Below are positions 1 through 6,823 of a stretch of 35,906 bases of DNA, in pieces (position 1 is the first letter of the stretch; every line of letters starts with the position of its first letter). The position numbers were made by a program, and so were the translations under genes. Location of the stretch: positions 1 through 35,906 of IMG/VR virus record IMGVR_UViG_3300028388_002774, one strand, 5' to 3'. The notes under the pieces were generated by a model that was given only the letters and a program-made list of their open reading frames with translations, was not told the DNA's origin and made no database searches. Origin of the DNA: a virus (Duplodnaviria; Caudoviricetes).

Positions 1-238
1 CCTTCTCTCCAATACTAATTAGACGCGCCAGCAAGCGCTCAATAGTTCCAGATCCAGCCTTAGTACCAACAATGAGGCGAAAGGCACTCATCATCGCAGC
101 CCTTTCTGCTGCAGCTATTTCGGTTGCGGTCGTTACCGGAATTTTCTGAGATGCTTCATGGGCATCTCTAATAGCCATGGCGAGCCGAACCATGCCAGGG
201 GTCCAGTCGGTTACTGGCTTCTCGTTGATCTCAATCAT
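1..238 (-). CDS. hypothetical phage protein, runs off the left edge of the window
   Basis: ATG at 238, 2 nt after the stop of the upstream ORF; open frame MIEINEKPVTDWTPGMVRLAMAIRDAHEASQK... with no stop before position 1. Confidence 0.6.
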   Translation of the reverse strand, partial: MIEINEKPVTDWTPGMVRLAMAIRDAHEASQKIPVTTATEIAAAERAAMMSAFRLIVGTKAGSGTIERLLARLISIGEK

Positions 239-240
239 AA

Positions 241-438
241 TCAGCACCACTCGGGATCATACCCAGCCCAGGCGCGCAGCGCTTCGATATCGCTGAACGT
301 CGGGTAATCAATGTGTATGGTCAGATCGCGGCTCACCACGGTCTGTCGAACGGTGACGTTAAAGCCACCATTGTCGATCTGGCAGGACTCAACAAACCAG
401 GGGTGGCATGCTGCCCATCTTGCCTCTTGTAGTGTCAT
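241..438 (-). CDS. hypothetical phage protein (65 aa)
   Basis: AGGAG RBS upstream of the ATG; co-oriented with neighbours. Confidence 0.6.
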   Translation of the reverse strand: MTLQEARWAACHPWFVESCQIDNGGFNVTVRQTVVSRDLTIHIDYPTFSDIEALRAWAGYDPEWC

Positions 439-514
439 CTTGAACTCCTATTGTTGTTTGGCGGCATTGTCGGCGCCCCGATACAGAGCGCCTGCAATGG
501 CGTCAGTCTCCCAG

Positions 515-1117
515 TCACTGGCGGCATTTAGGTCGGCATGGGATGGACACCGAATCTTCGGCCTCATTACCGTAAACGTCCCACCCATCAGATGCGCCCC
601 TGCAAAACATTTCAAGCCGGGGCAAGTCGCCGACCAATTGGATTATCCTTTCTTTTACTACTCTTGGCTTTTCGCTGTGCCTAGATACCGGCTCGTCAAC
701 TATGCTGTGGACCGCGGCGCTAACCCGCTTCGGTTTTCCTTTTGTTGCCAATAGACACACTTCCGCGTTGGCGCGCGTCCAACGGCCCATCCCCCAAAAC
801 CAAGTTGGGCTTTTCCGATTGCGTTTGACCCAGGTAAAAGCGTTGGTTTTGTATTCAAAACCCCAATCTCTTATTAGCTCTAGGGCTTCCCCTATCTTAG
901 GAAACGTCGCCCACATAAATAGAATGGCGTCATCGTCCGTAATAGCGCCAATGTCAAGATCGCCCAGAATTTTATGATCGACTGTTCTGTAGTGGCGCTC
1001 CGCCCCTCCACGCTGCATGGCCTTGTCTTGATAAGACCATGGTGGATCCGCGTAAATGATTTTATATCTCATTGCGTGATATTCACGGCATTTCTTGTCC
1101 GGTACTGGTTCTGTCAT
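515..1117 (-). CDS. MT-A70 family DNA adenine methyltransferase (orphan)
   Basis: IIYADPPW catalytic motif, LFMWAT, WGFEYKT..FTWVK, GMGRWTRANAE, HSEKP and RLEMF motifs typical of MT-A70; GAGGA RBS. Confidence 0.9.
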   Translation of the reverse strand: MTEPVPDKKCREYHAMRYKIIYADPPWSYQDKAMQRGGAERHYRTVDHKILGDLDIGAITDDDAILFMWATFPKIGEALELIRDWGFEYKTNAFTWVKRNRKSPTWFWGMGRWTRANAEVCLLATKGKPKRVSAAVHSIVDEPVSRHSEKPRVVKERIIQLVGDLPRLEMFCRGASDGWDVYGNEAEDSVSIPCRPKCRQ

Positions 1118-1174
1118 CGTCTCAGTCCTCAGTTATGCCGCTGCGCGGCGTTATTTATTGCGATCGATATGCGC

Positions 1175-1202
1175 AATATATACGTTCATGTGCGAATAGC
1201 AA
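1175..1202 (-). promoter_or_regulatory. possible sigma70 promoter for the methylase
   Basis: TTGCTA-16 nt-TATATT on the minus strand, just downstream of a terminator. Confidence 0.35.
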
Positions 1203-1223
1203 GGTATTTTTGTATCGAAATGT

Positions 1224-1245
1224 AAAAGCCCGGACGAACCGGGCT
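1224..1245 (-). terminator. intrinsic terminator of the leftward early operon
   Basis: GCCCGG/CCGGGC stem, 5-nt loop, followed by TTTT on the minus strand, right after a stop codon. Confidence 0.7.
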
Positions 1246-1250
1246 ATGTA

Positions 1251-1376
1251 TTAGCAGCTACAGGGAAGGGATAAAACGCCGGCGATGAACGCGGAAGTGA
1301 GTGCGGCCAGTTTGAAAAACCAGCCGTCACGGATGACGAAAATAAAGGACAGAATAACAAGGGCGCCAGAAACCAT
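1251..1376 (-). CDS. small hydrophobic membrane peptide (41 aa), not in the ORF track
   Basis: MVSGALVILSFIFVIRDGWFFKLAALTSAFIAGVLSLPCSC; TAATG stop/start overlap with the upstream ORF, GGAGG RBS, ends just before the terminator. Confidence 0.6.
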   Translation of the reverse strand: MVSGALVILSFIFVIRDGWFFKLAALTSAFIAGVLSLPCSC

Positions 1377-1561
1377 TACAGATCCTCCAGGTTTTGCTCA
1401 CGCTCGATGCGCCGCATATCCAGGATCTCGTCGTGCCGATACCGGCGCCGAGTCAGCTCAGCGTTCGCTTGATACTGGCCGCGTTCTTTCTCTTCCGGCC
1501 GATCTGGGTCGTTATAAACCGATGCCCGGTGGATCGCGGCTGATTTTTTACTGACTGCCAT
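1376..1561 (-). CDS. hypothetical phage protein (61 aa)
   Basis: start re-assigned to ATG 1561 (MAVSKK), which overlaps the end of the upstream ORF. Confidence 0.55.
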   Translation of the reverse strand: MAVSKKSAAIHRASVYNDPDRPEEKERGQYQANAELTRRRYRHDEILDMRRIEREQNLEDL

Positions 1562-1940
1562 GGCGTTCACCCAACTCGATAGCCTTGTTGATCGTTTCCT
1601 GGACGGCATCTGATTCGTAACACTTCATGCCAGCGTACTCTTCGTCATCCATGATCAAAGCGTATTCTCCGGCATAGACAGACAATATCGCCATGGTCTG
1701 GACCACTTCACGAAATTGTTTCTTCAGCTCCAGGTAGTCGACTTTATCCATATCGGTCGCTGTGCGATTCCGAGACAGCTTTTCCTGATCGGCCTTAGCC
1801 GTCTTCAGTACCGACTCAAGGATATGCGCCGCATGAGAAAAGGATCTCCGCTGCGCAGGCGAATACGACAATTTCTGAGCGCGATCCCTTTGATCGTCGA
1901 TATGAGTTTCGATGACTGTTATCGTGTTCTGCATCTTCAC
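1548..1940 (-). CDS. hypothetical phage protein
   Basis: GTGA overlap with the upstream stop; 130-aa ORF in a tight operon. Confidence 0.65.
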   Translation of the reverse strand: MKMQNTITVIETHIDDQRDRAQKLSYSPAQRRSFSHAAHILESVLKTAKADQEKLSRNRTATDMDKVDYLELKKQFREVVQTMAILSVYAGEYALIMDDEEYAGMKCYESDAVQETINKAIELGERHGSQ

Positions 1941-2431
1941 GCCCCGCTTAACACGCAGCTTCGAAAGTATTCACCAGTTACCCAGAACATAGCCGGATCA
2001 TCATTAGGCTGAGGATTTAAGCCCCAACCGACAATATTACCCGGCTTTGTATTCTCCAAAATATCCTGGCCATCGCCGACACCAGCACCAGAAAGAACCG
2101 CATCCAGATCGCCGCCAATAACTCCGCTGCCAAAGCGGTTAAGGGAAAGCTCAAAGGTAATCTGCTGACGAATACGCCGAGCAATGAAATTCCACTGACC
2201 AGCGCTGCCGCCGGTCATGCAATTGTAAGGGCCGTGCTCTTCGAGCAGGAAATGAGCTGACTGGATTGCGCCTAGAATGAAGTAATCGCACTCATCCAGA
2301 TCGAAGCCATCTCGCTGAGCGCACAGCTCGGACAGATCACTCACAGTAATCGACTTCGAATGCGCGCCAGCTTGGACGGTTGATGCAACTGCAAAAATCA
2401 GCAGTGTGATAATCAGGTTTGAAATTTTCAT
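1937..2431 (-). CDS. exported protein resembling the Rap1a/Tai immunity-protein family, with a Gly/Asp-rich loop insertion
   Basis: GGAG RBS before MKISNL; signal peptide ending VQA; T..DL.ELC...C..FILG pattern and C-terminal PA...C, which I associate with Rap1a-like proteins. Confidence 0.55.
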   Translation of the reverse strand: MKISNLIITLLIFAVASTVQAGAHSKSITVSDLSELCAQRDGFDLDECDYFILGAIQSAHFLLEEHGPYNCMTGGSAGQWNFIARRIRQQITFELSLNRFGSGVIGGDLDAVLSGAGVGDGQDILENTKPGNIVGWGLNPQPNDDPAMFWVTGEYFRSCVLSGA

Positions 2432-2473
2432 CTCGATCTCCGTTCTCGTTTTTAGAATGCCGAACAATTTAGT

Positions 2474-2869
2474 TCAGCAGTGTAGTGGTTTGTCAACTGC
2501 TTTTTGGCAGCACGTTTGTTTTGCCTTCACCCCGCCCTTGTGAACGTGGTGGCCAACGATTTCATCGGACGGCGGCATGCCAGCGGCTACCGCCATCTCT
2601 TCGCACCGGGCGCAGACTATAAAGCCTTCCGGCGGCTCAGCCAGGAACTCGAAGATATCACGGCCATTGGCGCGACCGCCGCAATAGTAATCGACCGCCA
2701 TGTGTGCGCGCCCTTGACTGTACAGGATCCCCACCATCATTGGTCGATGAATCAACACTCCGCGCCGGTTAAGGACAAACGGCAAACAACTCGACCAGTG
2801 CCTTTTGCGAAGATAATTCGGGTTTATCCAGCCAGATTCAGGGACGATCTTCAGTGGCAGCTTAATCAT
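2474..2869 (-). CDS. hypothetical Cys/His-rich phage protein
   Basis: ATG 2869 overlaps the upstream stop; contains CARC, YYCGG and HHVH, possibly metal-binding. Confidence 0.65.
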   Translation of the reverse strand: MIKLPLKIVPESGWINPNYLRKRHWSSCLPFVLNRRGVLIHRPMMVGILYSQGRAHMAVDYYCGGRANGRDIFEFLAEPPEGFIVCARCEEMAVAAGMPPSDEIVGHHVHKGGVKAKQTCCQKAVDKPLHC

Positions 2870-3323
2870 CGCGCTCACCACATCCACCGGCCGCTTCAAA
2901 CAAGCGCCACGGCTTCCAGCCTTCAGGGCAATGGAATCCCCAGGACCGCTCCCAGGATCCAGTCATGAATAACGTCCAGGCTGGCTGGCCATTGATCAAT
3001 TCCAGGCGATGCGCTGACTGGGCATCCCGGTAAACGATGTCACCGGCATGCAACACCCGACTACCGTCAGGCAAAATCTCACGAATACTGCCGCGCAAGA
3101 TGATGCTGCAGGACTCCCAGGGATGATCGTGCAGCGCGCGGTCGTCATCACTGTGCAGGATGTGATGGAGATAGACATGACCTGCCTGGGTTTCATTGTC
3201 CCTCAGGATGTACCACCGGCGCATATACGGATCACCCGGGGTGCCGCCGATCTGCTGATCTGGCTCTCGGTTTGCATAAACCCGCTGGAGCATGTTCAGC
3301 ATGATTTCGGTCTGATTGATCAT
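2862..3323 (-). CDS. cupin-fold protein
   Basis: LHDHPW..CSIILRG..RE and GD..YR...AHRLEL...AWTLFMTG cupin motifs; ATGA overlap with the upstream gene. Confidence 0.75.
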   Translation of the reverse strand: MINQTEIMLNMLQRVYANREPDQQIGGTPGDPYMRRWYILRDNETQAGHVYLHHILHSDDDRALHDHPWESCSIILRGSIREILPDGSRVLHAGDIVYRDAQSAHRLELINGQPAWTLFMTGSWERSWGFHCPEGWKPWRLFEAAGGCGERDD

Positions 3324-3925
3324 GACGCCCTCCCCAGCTCGCGCTGCGCTTCCTCCCAAGCGACCAATACAGCATTAAATTCTTCCTCGGTGCCGCCGTA
3401 ATCAGGATGCGCCTGCTTCCGTCTTGACAGATACCGGCTGCGCGCTTCATTGGGATCATCACCACTGTAACCCAATACCGAGCGCCAACTTCCCTCGGAA
3501 GGTCCGGGCAGTGCCGTGAACCCGGTAAACGTCCGGTTCAGGATCTCACCACCGCCCCAGCGCTCGATGCCGCGCATGGCTTCGAGGGTTTTGCCGATGG
3601 CGTGAAGGTTATCTTCGATGCGGGTGTACTTATCCAGTGCGATCACGCGCTGCTCATCACCATCCTTCCACCAGACCGCGATACCCTGATCTTCCGGTGC
3701 CTTCTGGTTGCTGTACGGCAAACCATCCTGGCGCAGCTTCAGATCACTGCTGATGATCACGCTCCAGTTCGGAATACCCATCATGCGAAGCTGTTCCAGT
3801 ACAGCGCGAGTTGCACGGCCCAGCGTGACGTTCTGGCCGTTACGGCCGAAGCTGCTGCGGCGGCGGACTTTCGTTCTCTTCCAGCCCTGGGGCCAGCAGA
3901 GTGGGCTGCTCGTTATGCTGTCCAT
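3320..3925 (-). CDS. phage protein with a C-terminal DnaJ J-domain
   Basis: WRSVLG...Y..RRKQAHPDYGGTEEEF J-domain with HPD motif; N-terminal WPQGWKRT. Confidence 0.8.
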   Translation of the reverse strand: MDSITSSPLCWPQGWKRTKVRRRSSFGRNGQNVTLGRATRAVLEQLRMMGIPNWSVIISSDLKLRQDGLPYSNQKAPEDQGIAVWWKDGDEQRVIALDKYTRIEDNLHAIGKTLEAMRGIERWGGGEILNRTFTGFTALPGPSEGSWRSVLGYSGDDPNEARSRYLSRRKQAHPDYGGTEEEFNAVLVAWEEAQRELGRAS

Positions 3926-3926
3926 G

Positions 3927-4643
3927 TCAGTCTCCGTTATCGCTCAGCGGATCTTCGTGCTCAATGTCGATAGGCTCGCACCCGTCGACGATATGCAGCG
4001 GATCAACTTCTCGCAGCAGTGAGCGAATAATCCGGCCCTGACCATGCTCATCGCCGTTGTTGATTCGTTCAAAATCTATGCGACTGGTGATGCGCGCCAG
4101 CACCAAGGCCAGATCATCGGCACCAATGTGATAGCCGCGATGGAGGAATTTTCTGACGCGAAGCATCGAGCCACCGGCGTCTTCGTTGCGTTGCGGCATA
4201 GTGTAAGTAAGCCGGCGGGAGGCAAGATCAGGATAGAATCGGTCATCGATGAGGGAATCCCATTGCTTAAGCTCAGGATCCCAAAACACAGCAGCCTGGC
4301 AGACCGTGAAATCCAGGGACTGAATGACCAATAACGGATCGTCGTACAGCCAGCGCGTAATGAATTGGACTGTCGTTCTGGGCGGGTCAACGTGCGTGAT
4401 CGCGTTGTCAGTTTCAAGAATCCTGGCAGCCTTGTTGCGGCTGTGCCATATTTCGGTCGCCGCCAGCTTCAAGCGATCTTTGCTCGGACCAAACAGGTCG
4501 ATATCGCGTGGATCTTCGCCGGCCACAACCTCACGGATAAATCCGCCGGCCAGGAACAGCTCATGGTTTTTAATCAGCTCGCGGATGTCTTTCGGCGTCC
4601 GCGTCAGTACAGCATGTAAGTCTTGTTTGAGTAGCTTTTCCAT
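3927..4643 (-). CDS. minimal nucleotidyltransferase (poly(A) polymerase / CCA-adding head-like)
   Basis: FLAGGFIRE...PRDIDLF (GGxxR..DxD) and LDFTVCQ (DFTxN-like) motifs; no body or tail domains. Confidence 0.75.
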   Translation of the reverse strand: MEKLLKQDLHAVLTRTPKDIRELIKNHELFLAGGFIREVVAGEDPRDIDLFGPSKDRLKLAATEIWHSRNKAARILETDNAITHVDPPRTTVQFITRWLYDDPLLVIQSLDFTVCQAAVFWDPELKQWDSLIDDRFYPDLASRRLTYTMPQRNEDAGGSMLRVRKFLHRGYHIGADDLALVLARITSRIDFERINNGDEHGQGRIIRSLLREVDPLHIVDGCEPIDIEHEDPLSDNGD

Positions 4644-4661
4644 CTCGAACTCCTGTTTTTA

Positions 4662-5459
4662 TCACCAATCGGTGTCTTTGATATTTCTGATGCTTTCGCG
4701 CACTGCTTGGCGCTTAGCGCCAGGGCTATCAGGATCTGGCGGTTTACCAAACCTCTCGGCACTCCGGGTAATCCAGTTTCTAACCGCCGCTTTCCAATCG
4801 ACCATCTTCGTCTTGCCGCCGACTTTCCAGCCATTGGAATCGAAGTAATCAACAAACTTCTGGGCCTCGACCTTGGATCGCTGAACGTCCTCAGTCCTTT
4901 CGACAAAATACTCGAATACTTCCGTGATGCTGGGCTTAACAAACTTCGCCCTCGGTTTCTTCGCATTCGTCGGCGTGACTTCAGTCGCGCCCTGTTCTTT
5001 ATCTTGGTTATTGGTTAGTGGTTTATGGTTCTTGGTTCTTGGTTGTGTACGACTGCTCAACGCATGTTCATCATGTGTTGAATTCTGTTCACTCTCTTCC
5101 TTCCTTTTGAGTCTCCTTTCCTCTGCTTTTTTCTTCCTGGCTTCAGCGGAAGCCTTACCAGCTCTGGCTTTTGCGGTGTTCACCTCCCGATACTTATCGA
5201 TCTGCTCATCGCAATAATCATGGGTATAAACACTGCCTGTTTTTACGAAAAACTCGGATAGAACATAGTCCAGAGCGTCCTTTTCTTCCTGAGTTATGGC
5301 CATGACGCGACGCTGAAGTCGCTCTATTTCAACAGCATCCAACGGCTGTTCGGTGTCGTAGTACAGCTCTATTAAGTCTCTGTACAACGAACGTTCAACA
5401 CGTGTTAAATGCCTGGTCGCGTTATTAAAGGTTTTTATGTTGTGATTATAAGAGTGCAT
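4662..5459 (-). CDS. phage replication initiator, YdaU/DUF1376 family
   Basis: MHSYNHNI..F...TRHLTRVERSLYRDLIELYYDTEQPL N-domain, ARAGKASA linker, C-terminal FVKPS..EV...F.DYF.SNGWKVG...M.DWKAAVRNW. Confidence 0.85.
   Translation of the reverse strand: MHSYNHNIKTFNNATRHLTRVERSLYRDLIELYYDTEQPLDAVEIERLQRRVMAITQEEKDALDYVLSEFFVKTGSVYTHDYCDEQIDKYREVNTAKARAGKASAEARKKKAEERRLKRKEESEQNSTHDEHALSSRTQPRTKNHKPLTNNQDKEQGATEVTPTNAKKPRAKFVKPSITEVFEYFVERTEDVQRSKVEAQKFVDYFDSNGWKVGGKTKMVDWKAAVRNWITRSAERFGKPPDPDSPGAKRQAVRESIRNIKDTDW
5004..5045. repeat. six tandem heptamers NTGGTTN inside the replication gene (candidate origin element)
   Basis: ttggtta ttggtta gtggttt atggttc ttggttc ttggttg. Confidence 0.75.
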
Positions 5460-5467
5460 GACTGACC

Positions 5468-5782
5468 TTAGTCGTCGTATTCGTCATCAAGCCATACGTC
5501 GGGCGGCTCCCCAACCTGAGTGTCGGCAACCGGCGCCGCTTCAGGGTCAGCTTTGCTGGTCTTTAGATCAGCATCGGATGAAACATCCAGGTCATTACTC
5601 TCGGCAACCCAGGCGCGCAGGCTATCGATGTGATAGCGAACTGACTTCTTGCCGATCCGGCGGAACTTCGGTGCTTTGAGACCAGACAGCTGCCCGGTTG
5701 ATCTGGCGGTTTTCAGCGTTACCGGGCTGAACCCCAGATACTCAGCAGCCTCTGCTGTCGTGTACAACTCTTTTTCTGCCAT
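5468..5782 (-). CDS. helix-turn-helix DNA-binding protein (excisionase/AlpA-like) with an acidic tail
   Basis: LYTTAEAAEYLGFSPVTL...PKFRRIGKKSVRY...LRAW; AGGAG RBS. Confidence 0.8.
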   Translation of the reverse strand: MAEKELYTTAEAAEYLGFSPVTLKTARSTGQLSGLKAPKFRRIGKKSVRYHIDSLRAWVAESNDLDVSSDADLKTSKADPEAAPVADTQVGEPPDVWLDDEYDD

Positions 5783-5810
5783 TAGTTTTCTCCTGCCTTA
5801 GACGCAGTGA

Positions 5811-5839
5811 AAGCTATAGCAAGATTTTATCGTTGTAAA
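5811..5839 (-). promoter_or_regulatory. leftward sigma70 promoter
   Basis: TTTACA-17 nt-TAGCTT on the minus strand. Confidence 0.55.
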
Positions 5840-5850
5840 GGAAAAAAGGT

Positions 5851-5879
5851 TTGACAAGGTAGTTGGCGGTATTTATCTT
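5851..5879 (+). promoter_or_regulatory. rightward sigma70 promoter
   Basis: TTGACA-17 nt-TATCTT. Confidence 0.7.
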
Positions 5880-5893
5880 CATTCACCGAAGCG

Positions 5894-5918
5894 AAAAAAA
5901 CCCGGCGCTTGGCCGGGT
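5894..5918 (-). terminator. terminator-like hairpin in the bet leader, U-tract on the minus strand
   Basis: A7-CCCGGC gcttg GCCGGG-T. Confidence 0.5.
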
Positions 5919-5929
5919 AAATAACCCCG

Positions 5930-6823
5930 ATGAAGGAGTTCAAGATGAGTTCTGAGAATAACACTGCCTCTGCTGTCGTACAATGGGCGCAAAATAACCC
6001 TGTACTGGCTGATCGAGGTATTGATCAAGCTATCTGGAATGCTCTTAAAGCCTCAATTTTCCCTGGCGCCAAAGATGATTCAATCATTATGGCCTGGGAC
6101 TATTGCGCTGCCCGTAAAATGGACATTCTGATGAAGCCAGTCCATCTGGTGCCGATGTTTGTGACCGACAAACAAACCGGCGAAAAAGGCATGCGTGATG
6201 TGGTTATGCCAGGGATTGGAATGTATCGAATCCAGGCAGATCGATCTGGCGATTATGCAGGTGCTGATGCCCCTATATTTGGTAACGACATTACGCTCAA
6301 TTTAGATGGCGTATCAATAACAGTGCCTGAGTTTTGCACCTTTACTGTCTATAAGCTTGTTAAAAATCAGCGCGTTGCATACTCGGCCACTGAATATTGG
6401 GAAGAGAATTATGCGACAGCAGGTCGAGATACCCTGAAGCCAAATACCATGTGGTTGAAACGCAAACGCGGACAATTGGTTAAGTGTGCTGAGGCCCAGG
6501 CACTGCGTCGCGCATGGCCTGAAATTGGTCAGGATGCAACAGCCGAAGAAATGGAAGGCAAGTCTTATGAAATGAAGACTATCAACCCTATTGGCGTCGA
6601 AAGCAGTGGCGAAGATAGTGGTGAATCTGGCCTTAAAGATTTCCCTGAAAAAATCTTCAACCAACGAGTTGAAGGCTGGGCTGAAGGTATCAAGAACGGC
6701 GATATCTCTGTCGATCAGATTGAGACCTTTGCCGAAAACAAGGGTTACGCCCTAACCAAAGACCAGCGTAATAAGCTGGAAAACCCAACCCCGATTGATG
6801 GTGACACCAATGAAACTGCTTGA
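5930..6823 (+). CDS. bet: phage single-strand annealing protein Bet (RecT/Red-beta family)
   Basis: KPVHLVPM, MPGIGMYRIQADRSGDYAG and MWLKRKRGQLVKCAEAQALRRAWPE motifs; adjacent exonuclease; the start may be ATG 5945 after AAGGAG. Confidence 0.9.
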   Translation: MKEFKMSSENNTASAVVQWAQNNPVLADRGIDQAIWNALKASIFPGAKDDSIIMAWDYCAARKMDILMKPVHLVPMFVTDKQTGEKGMRDVVMPGIGMYRIQADRSGDYAGADAPIFGNDITLNLDGVSITVPEFCTFTVYKLVKNQRVAYSATEYWEENYATAGRDTLKPNTMWLKRKRGQLVKCAEAQALRRAWPEIGQDATAEEMEGKSYEMKTINPIGVESSGEDSGESGLKDFPEKIFNQRVEGWAEGIKNGDISVDQIETFAENKGYALTKDQRNKLENPTPIDGDTNETA

